DNA of 64,000 bases. Source: Macrostomum lignano. Lineage: Eukaryota. Numbering within the stretch: the first letter of the stretch is position 1; each line of letters begins with the position of its first letter. Below, one piece after another: positions 1 through 12,546 of this stretch. A model generated the notes under the pieces. The model had not been told where the DNA came from, did not search any database, and was given only the letters and a program-made list of their open reading frames with translations. The DNA lies in NCBI GenBank assembly GCA_002269645.1, contig NIVC01001574.1:202190-266189 (forward strand), given 5' to 3'. The position numbers and the translations under genes were made by a program.

Positions 1-111
<111 letters not shown>

Positions 112-1297
112 AACTGCAAGCCGCATAATTGTGCAAGATTCCCATTTGACTCGCTATAATAATAAAAACTAAACGTGTCTGTTGATTACTTTAAATAATA
201 CTCAAACACAACTTAAGACAATCTGTCGCAGTCACTCTGTCAGATGTGTGTTCTTACCATGCCTGATTAAATATAAGCAAAATCTGAACTGTTAAGCCTT
301 GTTTTAAAAGCACAAACTCTGCGATGTTTTATTTTCTGTTTTAATATGCTCTTGATGCATAAAGACGTTTGTTTCTAGAAAAAAGAATAGCCGACAACTC
401 ATAAGCAGCTGCGTAAAGCTAATCTGTATGTCAGGGAGTACGGGGATTAAAAATGCCTCGTTACCTGGCGGGGATGTAACTTGGCTTTCTGACTGAGGCC
501 GAGAATAGATCAGAGTTGATTGATTGACTTGACTGGTTGGTAGTGATTGACTTATTGATAGTTGGCAAATCTTTATCTGCCTCCGAAAAATACGCAAATT
601 CTCGGCACAATCACTTGCTCTAAATCCGAAGGCTGCCGAAATTGAATGCAGTTTGCCGAATTAAAATATCAGTTTGTCTAAATATAAACTCGTGTTGTCT
701 GTTCAAATTGGTTCTTGGTTAGTCGAATTCGAATGCAGTTTGGATATCCGGCCTTAGCTGATGCCGAAAATAAAAGCCAGTTTGCCGAAATTGAATGCAG
801 TTTTGTCGAAATTTATAACGCAAAAAGGTGTATCAAATGAAAACATTTGGTCAACAGCAGGGTGGTTCGTATTTTGCAAAAGGTTTGAAGTTTAGATTTG
901 AAAATAAGGCAATCAAATGCAACGGTAGCGTAAAGCTTGTTACCGCAACAGTGCCCTCACCCCAGAAAAACCCACCAGTTCACCCTCCCCAGTGCAATCA
1001 CCCCAGTCAACCCCGCAGCTCATCGACCCAGTGATTTTCATTTAAAATTGATCACTTAGCTGCGTTCAGTAGCTTGTAGGTAATTCGGCGTGACTGGATC
1101 AGATTATGGCAACTTGCATTGCAGCCATAAACTATAAGTTTTAAAACCACAGATGGGTAAAAGCGGTAGTGCATACGAGCTATAGCTATGTATATGTAAC
1201 ACTTATCGTTAAGTTGCTTGCAGACGACAGAAGCCAGTGATTTTCCCAACAACTTTCACAACTGCAGAGACTTTACCAGCCGTCAAATCTGCAGCAA

Positions 1298-2532
1298 ATG
1301 CTGGCGCAGCACCTTTGGCCGATGGCTGCTCTCGTTTTGACTGGCGCACTGCTCGGTGAGTTCGAGTTCGCTGTTGAGCATGGCTCTTATCTCTTTTGAA
1401 AAGTACCGTCAGACACTCGTGCGTTACTCGTTGGCATAGAAGCCGGTTTTTCTCTTTTAGGCCGAGCTCAGGTCAATGCGAAGTCAAACGACACAATTAA
1501 CTGCTACAGTGGCTGGGATGTTTACGTGACTAGCGAATTTCCCAAGGGCATGAAGACCTGTCGCAGCTCGACCGTCTGCTCCGAGTATCAATCGTGGAAG
1601 AACTGGAAAGAGAGACCCGGCTTTTTTGTGAGCAGCTCATCATCTGATTGAGTGATTGTACAGGCTTGGGTATCTCAGTTGCAGTTGGCAGTTGCTGACC
1701 TCAGAATAGGGAGAGAGCCATCAGAGAATGCAGCTTTTTCATGCAACTTTGTTGGCTTGTTGCGGATTCATACAAAATTAGGACGACAGAACCCGCCCGA
1801 GTCTCAAACAGAGTTCTGTATTTTCAACTCAAGAAAACTCATTACTATACTCGTAGCTACAAGCATATACAATGAAATCACTTGTGCTTCAGGAACTCTA
1901 TATGCACTGCGGACCCTGCTCTGATCACGAATTCACGGAAGGGAACTTTACTCAGTGCCGCGACTGCATCACGGATTTGTGCAACGACAAATTCGCCAAA
2001 CAGCTGGTGCCGAAACGTCAGAGTTTAATCACCTGCTACGCTTCATCAAACTTTGAAGAGGCAAAGATTTTTCATCCGATATGGAGGCTGTGCCCCAGAG
2101 AACACGGCTGCGGCACAGGTTTTGTTTTAAACGGTGTAAGTTGTCCAGTTTACTCAAAATTTTCGCATCCATACAAAACTAAGCTGTCAGATTCCCAGCT
2201 GTCGCATTGATCCCAACAAAACCATTCGATCGTCCACTCTGCTCAAATTCCAGTTGACAGCGGTTGGCTGTGGGAACGACTGCGAGGATCTCGGCTGGAA
2301 AATGTGCAGCCGCTGCTACAGCCGCCTGTGCAACGACAGGGGCGACTATTGGAATTACGGAGATCCAGATGCCAAACCGAGGCCTTATCTAAAAGACAGG
2401 AAGCTTCTCAGCGATGAGGCAGTTTCTGTGAGCAGCCCGGTGACCCGACCGACCGCCCTGGTGTCCGTTCTCTCACTGGTGACAGCGCCGGCTCTGGGGC
2501 TGGTCTGGCATCAGCAACTGCTCATGCCCTAG
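1298..2532 (+). CDS. Ly6/uPAR (three-finger)-like protein with two 8-Cys domains, signal peptide and probable GPI signal (~248 aa)
   Basis: Exons 1298-1355, 1461-1627, 1893-2135 and 2254-2532 join in frame through GT-AG introns (phases 1,0,0). N-terminus is MLAQHLWPMAALVLTGALLG. Both domains begin with xxCY and end CxxCxxxLCN (CRDCITDLCN, CSRCYSRLCN). Hydrophobic C-terminal tail ALVSVLSLVTAPALGLVW. Confidence 0.8.
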
Positions 2533-2916
2533 CTTGAATAGCTGCACTGTGTGCTCAGGACCCAAGTACTCAGCGAATTTGCCTGCTTCAGTTTTCTGTA
2601 GGAGTAGCTCGGTCAGTAGATGGGCTGGAATATTGCATGCGCAATTAGATTTGCTGCAGACTTACTCGTAGTTTTCAAATGTTGCTCTTCGTTGAGCAGC
2701 AGTGTTGCTTTTGAATTTACATTTGGCTGTGCCAGAGCAAGTTATTGAGTCAATATAACACTTTTCCGTTTGCACATAAAATTACAGATTGCAAAAATGC
2801 GCCCAACTCATAAATTTACTGGCTTAATTTGGCTATCCCCGAGCAAGTAATTCCTCTTTGTTAATTCCGCAGTCGGAGCACGAAAGCAGCCATCGGTGCC
2901 GCTCATCCCCTCGTAT

Positions 2917-2979
2917 CTAGTTACTCTAGTTACTCTAGTTACTCTAGTTACTCTAGTTACTCTAGTTACTCTAGTTACT
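2917..2979. repeat. 9-bp tandem repeat (CTAGTTACT), 7 copies
   Basis: Direct reading of the sequence. Confidence 0.95.
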
Positions 2980-5134
2980 AATGTTACTTGGACGCAAAGA
3001 GTAGAACAAGTGTTACAGGGGTCTTGGGGAAGGGAAGTTTACCAAATCTGTCGTGGGGGGAATTTATGGGATTCTTGGGATTTCTGAAAGATATGCTAGT
3101 TTTATTACTAATAGGAGTAAGCCAATGGTTGCTCCTGGTGGCGTGAGTGTCCGAGCGGCAAGACACTGTCTATATATCTCTATTCAGTCCGAGTATTTAG
3201 AGGGGGGGGAGTAAGGGCTTCGCGGTGGACTTGAGTTGCCTGAGGAAATTAGCGCACTGGGGAACTCTAATATTCAGCGGGGAATGCCTGGCATCAGGGG
3301 GTATCCAGATGGGGAATTAAGAAGGCAATATACCTAATCCAGGAATGAAGGGAGGCTAGGATTTTAGCCTTAGTAAGGAGGCAATATGCCTGATGCGGGA
3401 AGTAGATAGATAACTTAGGCAATAGGCCTAGTGGGATAAGGAGGCAATATGCCTGATGTGGGAGTTAAAGCCAGGGCAAACAGGGAGTCTGGTTGGGGAG
3501 TTGGCTGATCGCCGGATCAACTGAGGGGTCTGGGAGTAGGGAGAGGCTGTACGCCTATTCAGCTTGGGAGGAAGGGGGGTTGCAATTCGCCAGAAAGGGA
3601 AGGGGTTGTACGCTCTCGAGAGAGGAGTATAGGGGTAAAGGGGTGACTGTTTGCCTTTAAAGAACCGAGTCTGACTCAATAGCTATTTTTAGAACAAGGC
3701 GGCACTAAGGCCTAATAGCTAGAAGGCGGTAAGTCAGATCGCCAGGACGCAGGCAAGTAGCTCCTCTATCCATATATTTAGCTTCTTTATATAGCAAAAA
3801 TAAAAAAATGGCGGACAATTATAAACAAATAGTACGTCTCGAAATGGTTAAAAGATTGTAAGTTAGCAAAATAAGAACTTATTAGCGCAAATATATATAT
3901 ATTCAGCATCATACTATAATTAGAACTATTTTTAAGAATATTTCAAACGTTAAAAACGAGCTATAGAAGGAATAGGCAGAATATATAAACTTTATTGAGG
4001 CACACAGAACATACTAAACAAATCAACTGTCTCACAAGCGATCACCAAAACTTCGAAGTATTTATTTAAAGGCAAAGTCTATAGCAGCCATCGACCCCGA
4101 CCGCAGTAGCCTTGCTGGCGTAACAGCCTTGTTCAGAGTTTGTCGCCGGCAAGCGCGGTCTAGATAGTATTGTGTCGAGCCGTCTGATCGAACGGGCGAG
4201 CGCGAGTTCGCTTCAGTCCGTTGGCCAGACTGAGCTTCGATTCTGAGCTTCCTAAACTTCCTAAGTACTGTTCCCAAGTCCAGTACAATTCCAAAAGTAG
4301 TAACTCAAACACGAAAACTTACTGGCAATGATCAACTCAGTGTATGAACGACTCTGTGGAGAACAGGTGGCGTGATTAGCTAAGTGGATAGTTTCGGTAG
4401 TAAGTATTCTGTTTGATGGTCGAGTTTAAGTTGCAAGCCTGCGCGCCCCCTGCTCACCGCCAGCGATTCTCATTATATTTCGGCTGCCTAGTTTAAGCCC
4501 TATGGTCCCACGCCAGACGGCACTAGACACGCCAGAGGGGTCAAAAATGCAATGTGTAACAAAATCAGCCAATCAAAAGAATGGGGGGGATTGGGGTGAT
4601 GCAAACGTGGGGCAGGGGGCGATGCAAACAAACGGGGGCGAAAAAACTGCAAGGGGGGTTTGGCGTAGGCAGAAAGAGGGCACAAACATTTTAGGGGGGG
4701 GGTAAAAGTGCAGCGTCGGGCCCACCTGCCTGAGAGTCAAAGATCGCTCATCAGTGCAAGGCACCCCGGCACAACAGTAGGAGCTGTCGGTTTGACACAG
4801 TACGCGACCTCGATCCCGAGGGCCACAGTGTTGCACTGAAGGACATATCTTCTTTTAGGATTTGGGATTTAGGATTTAGGATTTGGCCAAAAAATCGATG
4901 AACTGTCCAGCCGTCTGAGTCCTCGTCTGAGTGTAGGACCTTTGGGATTAGGCCAGGTGTTTTCTCCGTTAGTCCTGTGTTCTGCATGGTTTCATCTGTT
5001 CACGTCTTCTTCCAGCGCTGAGATCCGCTTGTAAATTTGCGTTGTTTATATTGGGGTCGTACTACATGCATAAAGCTGTCGTAGCGTAAATTCGATCGTA
5101 CGTCTAAACTTTTACACTGCAAAGATAGGAGCTA

Positions 5135-6226
5135 TGAGCTGCATAAAATGCAGTCATATTTGCAAATTACGCAGCAAGTTTTAGGTGCAGCCGTCCTTTG
5201 CAAATATGACTGCATTTTATTCAGCTCATATCCCTCCGTGGTTGAAAAAACTTCGACACCTCGAAGCATAGTTTAAAGTTGAACCGTGCTGGAAAACACC
5301 AGTCATGAGTATAGCTAGTAATGTTGGTCTCCTCCAGCCGGGTCGCTACCATTCTTCAATTCGCGCTGCTCTAAGGGGGTCAGCCTTGAAGTCCGCCACC
5401 TCGGAAACGGGCATGCAGTCCTCGTGAGCTATCTTAAGTAGCTTCACTGGCATGTCTCTTGCATGCACAGATCGTGCTCCGGTCTTCCTGCCGGATGCAC
5501 CGCAGACTTCCCTCACAGTCTTCTTGCTGTGGGGAGGCGACTCTTGGCCTTTGGGCCGAAACACTGCTCCGCTTTTGAGACGCATCGCCTCTCAGGGCAG
5601 GAAAATTGATCTGCATGCCGGTCGCCGAGACAGTGACGCCGGGGCTGACTCTCTTCTTGTCGATCCATCCGAACGGCAGTTGAACACGCGTCAGTTGGGG
5701 CGGCGGCTGCACCGTGGTGGCAGTTAAACTGAACCACCGTTGCGACTTAATGCCGTCAAGCACGCCAACGACGCAAGATGTCCTCTGGTCGCCGGATCTC
5801 GATTTGCTGATGTTGTGCTGTCCTTCAACCGGCTTCTATTCAACCCTCCGTTATCCTTCGTGACAGGAACTTCATCTAGCAGACTCACGCGATCAGGGAA
5901 CCATTGTAACAGGTAGGATTTTGTGTCCATCCTGCCTGCACCTTCTGCTCACGTCGGATAACAAAGAATTGAACTCGAAGCACGGCTTTTCTGGGCCCAG
6001 GCTGCTGCGGCCTACAGCCCAGCCGAGGCAATGGCCATGCCTTTAGGCCCGCAGATGCGGGCGAGAGGAAAGTGAAGCGAGCGCCTCCACTGTCTCTCCT
6101 TTTTATTTAAAACATAAGCATACGCGTGAGAACGAAAATTCTTATGTTACACAGAAAAAATGAAAATTGCGCAGTAGTTTAGGTGCAGCCGTCCTTTGCA
6201 AATATGACTGCATTTTATGCAGCTCA
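5135..6226. mobile_element. Non-autonomous TIR DNA element (~1.1 kb) with an internal duplicate of its right end
   Basis: Perfect 32-bp inverted termini, TGAGCTGCATAAAATGCAGTCATATTTGCAAA (5135-5166) and its reverse complement (6195-6226). Flanking direct repeat TAGGAGCTA at 5126-5134 and 6227-6235. A second right-end copy sits at ~5180-5229. Confidence 0.7.
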
Positions 6227-7594
6227 TAGGAGCTAAGATCGACCTTATCTTACGATGACTTTATAGAGCGGGCCCATTATTTATTATTCAAGTATTAAAT
6301 TGCGTTTGGGGATTGCGTCATCTAACCCGTGTAATTCTTAATTAATCAAATTAAAGCATTTGAGTCTTAATGTCAGTCAGCATCATTATCATTTGAAATA
6401 GGATTATCACTCAATCTAAATCTATCTGGAATCGTGTTCAACCGTGTTCTTTATTTACTTGTACCGTACCTGCGACTATTGGAGAAAGCTTGTAAGACTC
6501 GTCGACCGGCGATAGGCAAATAGGACCATGCAGTAGTGTGACGTTGCTAGTTTAAATGGTCCCGCAAAAGGGCCGTTGGACTATAGTTTCCCTTGCAATT
6601 TCTCATATTAATTTCTCCAATAGTTTATTTCAACGTTTACTTATAGTAGCGTGCAAATAATCTGTATCAACTGCTATTTCACTGTGTATTTGGTAGGCCT
6701 TGCGCTCGTCTGTGAATTTTGGCACGATCGATAATTTCAAGTTCTCTCGCCAGCCAATGAAAACTCTCCGTGTTTTACGCTACCCCCTTTTGCGCTCTTT
6801 ATTAACCCTCGCCTGGCGGGCTGGGGGCTTCTCTTGTGTTCTGTGTTCTCTCTCCTTAGGCTTGTCCTCCGTCCCGTCTGGCTTGCCTAGCCTTGTCTAG
6901 CCTTGTTTTCCTTCTCTCTGTCTGGCTGCCTCGAGCCTCCTTATCTCACGCCACGGCTGACGCCAACCTCGCCACTGCTCATCTGCCTGCCTACTGCGTC
7001 TCACTGCCTTCACTGTGCTCATTGCCATTGCTCCTCACGTTACGTCGCCATTGCATCATTCGTCTGCCACTTGACTTCACATTCAATTTATCTTCAAAAA
7101 CCATTGTTGCAGCCGCCAGTGCCCAGAAAGCTATAGTTTGTGTATTGACAGTAATAGCCAAGCCTAATATTGATACTACCAATCAAAACAACTACGGCAG
7201 TTCCTGCCTTTATCGCCAAGTGCTCCGCTACAAAATCTGCTTTACAAGAGTTGACTTCAACTTATTTTGAGACTACGACTCACTACAACTCTCGTCAAAA
7301 CGGCCCTTTCAAGGGTCATAGCCATAGTTAGCCGCTACGCCAATAACGTGACAGTAGCTTTAAAATCTCCGATCGCTCCAATCAATAAGTTCGGCTAAGG
7401 CCTAAACTATTTGCCGTATCGCAATGTATTAAATATTACACTAGAATCTCTCGTTATTGGCTGGCATCTGTAATTATGACGCTTGCCAGTCACGAAGCGC
7501 TTGAATCGGTTGGCAGAGATTAAAAAACGGTGCACGGCCAACATAGCTATGCTCGTATGAAATGAAGCCGAATCTGAAGTACGAGTAATTACAG

Positions 7595-8905
7595 TAGTGA
7601 CAGTCACAGTAACATTGACAGTGACATTGACAGTGACAGTGACAGTGACAGTCACAGTAACATTGACAGTGACATTGACAGTGACAGTGACAGTGACAGT
7701 GACATTGACAGTGACAGTGACATTGACAGTGACAGTGACAGTGACAGTGACAGTCACAGTAACATTGACAGTGACATTGACAGTGACAGTGACAGTGACA
7801 GTGACAGTGACATTGACAGTGACAGTGACATTGACAGTGACAGTGACAGTGACAGTGACAGTGACAGTGACAGTGACATTGACAGTGACAGTGACATTGA
7901 CAGTGACAGTGACAGTGACAGTGACATTGACAGTGACAGTGACAGTGACAGTGACATTGACAGTGACAGTGACAGTGACATTGACAGTGACAGTGACAGT
8001 GACAGTGACATTGACAGTGACGGTGACATTGACTGTGACAGTGACAGTGACAGTGACATTGACAGTGACATTGACAGTGACGGTGACATTGACAGTGACA
8101 GTGACATTGACAGTGACAGTGACAGTGACAGTGACATTGACAGTGACAGTGACAGTGACAGTGACAGTGACGGTGACAGTGACAGTGACATTGACTGTGA
8201 CAGTGACAGTGACAGTGACAGTGACATTGACAGTGACAGTGACAGTGACATTGACAGTGACGGTGACGGTGACAGTGACAGTGACAGTGACAGTGACAGT
8301 GACATTGACAGTGACAGTGACAGTGACAGTGACAGTGACAGTGACAGTGACATTGACAGTGACAGTGACATTGACATTGACAGTGACAGTGACAGTGACA
8401 GTCACAGTAACATTGACAGTGACATTGACAGTGACAGTGACAGTGACAGTGACATTGACAGTGACAGTGACATTGACAGTGACAGTGACAGTGACAGTGA
8501 CAGTGACAGTGACAGTGACAGTGACAGTGACATTGACAGTGACGGTGACATTGACTGTGACAGTGACAGTGACAGTGACAGTGACATTGACAGTGACGGT
8601 GACATTGACAGTGACAGTGACAGTGACATTGACAGTGACGGTGACATTGACAGTGACATTGACAGTGACGGTGACATTGACTGTGACAGTGACAGTGACA
8701 GTGACAGTGACAGTGACATTGACAGTGACATTGACAGTGACAGTGACAGTGACAGTGACAGTGACAGTGACAGTGACATTGACATTGACAGTGACAGTGA
8801 CAGTGACATTGACAGTGACAGTGACATTGACAGTGACAGTGACATTGACAGTGACAATGACATTGACATTGACATTGACAGTGACAGTGACAGTGCCAGT
8901 GACTA
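7595..8905. repeat. Hexamer satellite (GACAGT)n with GACATT/GACGGT variants, ~1.3 kb
   Basis: Direct reading; accounts for the TV- and LS-repeat ORFs. Confidence 0.98.
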
Positions 8906-9521
8906 TGCTATTTTCTCATCTTTTGTTACACTTTTGCATTCAGCTGACTGTGCTGCCTAGTACTCTCGTTATCAAAATTTGAATACGTACCTTCTCTGAT
9001 TGTGCCCGATTGGCATGTTTTGCATATTGTATGAGTGCACTCCTAATATGATTGTTCACACAATCACAAAGTGATCACCTTTCTTTCGTTACTTAATTTT
9101 TAAATCAGTCGTGTAAATGGTTCGAAGAGTAATGTCAGTAGACATGTGTCCAGAAACCGTGGATAAAGCTATGCTACTATCGCGATGCAATGCATCGACA
9201 GTGGCGATGCGACAAATATAAGTTCCTTACCGACCTCCAGCTCGTTTCCAAGAAAACCAAGTGCTGCCTCCTTTTACTGCACCTGTGCACGTTGTCACTC
9301 TGAACCTCCTAACCCGTGCTAAAAGCTCCGAAAGTGTTTTACCATATTGGTCGGGACAACAAGTGACAAAAGCAACGGGAATTACTGGATTCATCCAATT
9401 AACGCTGTTCTCCGAATGGGGGGGGATCCAGTCAAGCTAAAAATGACTCCGCATCCTCGAATGGCTGATTTTTGCGGGTATAGTCATAGGAAGAAAGTGA
9501 TTGAAAAAGTAAAATAAAAAA

Positions 9522-10125
9522 ATGCCAAGCAGTCTCCTCCTACGCTTCATTGTTGCCATGGGCACCGCTGCCTCGTTTCTCTTTGCTGCCGAGGGCGGCA
9601 ACTTGGCCCTGCAATTCACCAAGTCCAGCAGTGACAGCGCTGTCGCTCCGGAGCAAGCGAGCTCGGCTGCGGCTTCTTGTGCGGCCGCAGGCCGGGCAGC
9701 TTCGGCTTCTACTGGCTGTTTGGAGTGTGTCGGCTGTTCGACATGCAGACGTTCTTCGATGCCAGCGCCTGGGTCAGCACCGGCATGTGCGACGTCTTTG
9801 TACTAGGTAGGCTTTTTGTAAAGTCTTCAAGAGCCCACTGCATATAGATCGGTATTGATAGCCTATGCAATGACTTTAACTCTCATGTCTTTTCGTCTCG
9901 GATTCAGTTTTTGAGAAGCTGCGCATGCAGATTCCCGACTGCGAACAGAGCTCAACAGATTGGGACAGAGTCTGCGATCCGGCCATTGACGGCAACACGA
10001 ACTCGATCCAGCACGCGCACACTCCAAAGAACATAAATGGCACAAACGAGTGGTGGGAGGCCGGCGTCGCAGTCCCGTCTCTCGTGTTCTTCGTCACCAT
10101 CTACAACAGGCAGGACTGCTGCGCT
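9522..10125 (+). pseudogene. Secreted PAN/apple-like plus F-type lectin (fucolectin) gene, frameshifted and truncated by a LINE
   Basis: ATG at 9522 gives a signal-like MPSSLLLRFIVAMGTAASFLFAAEG. After a one-base shift near 9650 the frame reads SELGCGFLCGRRPGSFGFYWLFGVCRLF (PAN-like). A phase-1 GT-AG intron at 9807-9907 joins in frame to QSSTDWDRVCDPAIDGNTNSIQHAHT...EWWEAG...VTIYNRQDCCAR, which carries the F-type lectin QSS, AIDGN, HT, WW and NRxDCC motifs. Confidence 0.65.
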
Positions 10126-12048
10126 CGCCCGGGCCAGGGCCCATGGCACCGGGCGTCAGACGGCGCCCGCCTTCCCGAGGAAGTTCAGCACAGCGATGCA
10201 GTTCTCAAAAACTGCCGCGGGCTCCGGGCTTGGCCCTCAAAGGCGGCAGCGGTGTGGAGTCAGGGCGGGGCAGGAGATCAGCAGATGGGCCGCCGTCTCC
10301 TCTCCATCGCCACAGAAACGGCAGGTGGGGGCCACGTCAACGCCGATGGCGGCCTGGAAGCCTCGCAGGGCCGGGCAGCGGTCGGCGCGCAGCTGGCAGA
10401 TCAGCCGCTCCTGCCGCCGCGTGAGGTCGCTCGTCGGTGGAGGCGGCAGGCGGCCCGCCGTGTAGCTCGTGCTCGCCGCCTCGGTGGTCACTGCTTTGTA
10501 GATCTGGTGCCAGCGGGCGAGGCAGTGGCGGCGGACGGCAGCCTGCGCGGCAGCCAACGGGACGGGTGAGGTGCCTTGCGCCAGCGTGGAGCCTCGCTCA
10601 TGGTGGCGCCCGTCGACCCGGGGCTGGACGCGAGCGCGGTAAGCGCGCTCAAGGAGTCAGAGCAGATGCGGACCGGCGACAGTTCTGCAGGGTCCGGGGC
10701 CGCGAGCACCCACAGGAGGGCCTCAGTTATGGCCACTAGCTCGGCGTGGAAACTGGACGTCACGTGGCCAGCAGCGACGCACAGCGTGGTGTTGGGCTCG
10801 ACCAAGACGCCGCTGCCGCCGTCCAGGATTCCGTCCTTCGCCGCTCCGTCGGTCCAGACCACGGTGCCGGCGGGCGACAGGGCGGCGAGCGTCTGCTCCG
10901 CCGCGACTCTCCGGGCCTCCGGCAGGTCCCCCCGCGTGGTTGGGGAGGCCAGCTGCAGCCCGAAGGTGACGGAGTCCATCACAGCCCAGGGAGGTGTCGT
11001 CGGGACAGCGTGGACGGACTCTCGCGGGTAGACGCCTAGGCCCGCAGCGCTGCAGACGCTGGCCGCCGCCTCGCGCCAGCCGCGGGCGCTTTGGAGGCGA
11101 CGGCGCGGGCCGACGCTGACCGCGCAGGCGCGCAGCGGGTTGTCGGGCGGCAGCCGGAGGGCGCGCTCGTAGAGGAGGCCGGCGTGCATCTCCGCGCGGA
11201 CTGCCATCGGCGGCAGCCCAGCCTCGCGCTCCAGCACCTCCGACCTGGTGTTGCGCGCGCCCAGGCGCTGGGCCCGGGGCCAGTTGGTTGATAGCCGTCT
11301 TGCAGGCCGTCGGCATCCAGGCGCCGGCAGCGTACTCCAGCACCGGCCGCACGTAGGCCGTGTAGAGCTGGCGCACGTCACTCTGCTTGGTGCCCCAGTT
11401 GCTGCCAGACAGCGCCGCCAGAACGCCGCAGCGGGCGCGGACGCTGCCGGCGACATTGGCGGCGTGCGCCGAGAAGCTGAGCAGCCGGTCCAGGATGACG
11501 CCGAGGAAGCGCGGCTGGCGGTCCGTCGAGAGCGGGGCGTCGTTCAGCCGCAGACGCAGCTCGCGGCTGGCCTTTCCGGCGGTGGTGGTGAACAGGGATA
11601 AGTTACTTCTGATCGCAGCCTGCGCCTTCGTCTCGGCCTCCTCCACGGTCAGGCCTTGCACTCCGATGGCCAGGTCGTCGGCGTAGAGGAACGGCGTGCA
11701 GTCGGATGGCAGGTGGTCAGGCAGGTCGTTGATGAACAGCGCAAAGAGCAGAGAGCAAGGACACTCCCCTGTGGCAGGCCCTCGCGGAAGAGCCGCCAGC
11801 TGCTCAGCGCGCCGACCACCCTGACGGCAGCACGGCGATCGGCCAGGAAGCTGCTGAGTCAGCAGACCCCGGCCGCTGGGATGCCGGCGTTGTGCAGCTT
11901 GTGCAGCAGGCCCTGCTTCCAGACGATGTCGGGAGAAGTCCGCCTGGCAGGGGCCGCCTGATGGCCGTCGCTGATGAGCTGGGTGAGCCGGGCGATCTGG
12001 TCCTCGGTGCTGCGCCGCTTGCGGAAGCCGGCTTGGGCGGGGTGCAAG
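10126..12048 (-). mobile_element. 5'-truncated, degenerate non-LTR retrotransposon with RT, RNase H and C-terminal CCHC (I/Ingi-like)
   Basis: Minus strand reads QAGFRKRRSTEDQ, FLYADD (~11674-11691), RFLGVILDRLLSF, GSNWG, YVRPVLEYA, RNase H motifs WTDG, FHAEL and SDSLSAL, and CRFCGDGEETAAHLLISC. It has several frameshifts and deletions and no endonuclease or ORF1. Confidence 0.92.
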
Positions 12049-12410
12049 CTATAATACTAAATTAGATATTTTAATTAATTTTTAATTAATTTAATTTAAA
12101 CTGGAACAGCAAATTGATTGAATTGTTGATTTAAATTGAATATTTAATTAGTTAAATTTATATGATTTTTTGATTGAAATTGAATTTTTGATACGTGAAT
12201 TTTACTGATTTATTGATTAAAATTGAATTATTTATCATCCAAATTTAATTGAATTATCAAAACTGAATTTTCAACAACGTTTAATTTACTTACTAATTGC
12301 AAAATGATTGCAAAAATGCACAAAAACATCCCGGGATGAGCTGAGGCTACTCAAAGAGCCTCGGAATATTCGTTAGCTATTTTTCTAAAATGTCTACAGC
12401 CCAATTTCAG

Positions 12411-12546
12411 GTGGAAGGGCGCACTTATCAAACCAGCCTTCGTGAGCGGGCCCTCCACACCCTCCCCCGAGCTCTGTGTCACCCGCCGTCTCCTGGACGT
12501 TGACATCACCGTCCAGAAGCAGTTCCCTAATCTCAACCTCCAATAA
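12411..12546 (+). other. Possible residual exon, perhaps the second half of a lectin domain
   Basis: An AATTTCAG acceptor is followed by an open frame WKGALIKPAFV...CVTRRLLDVDITV, weakly like the WxxxL...CxxRLxxFxIxV part of F-type lectins. It cannot be joined confidently to the upstream exons. Confidence 0.2.

Noticed and set aside
5480-5590. Resemblance of FRPKGQESPPHSKK to the TilS C-terminal motif
   Set aside because: It is a short similarity in a broken frame with no other TilS motifs.
7407-8982. Long TV- and LS-repeat ORFs (possible ice-binding or mucin-like proteins)
   Set aside because: They are translations of a stop-free hexamer satellite open in several frames on both strands, with no signal peptide or splice support.
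9437-9810. Minus-strand open frame (YKDVAHAG...KRRRRLLGIF) as a further Ig-gene exon
   Set aside because: The Ig gene already ends with a stop at 13417, and the plus-strand reading explains the region with an in-phase intron and lectin motifs.
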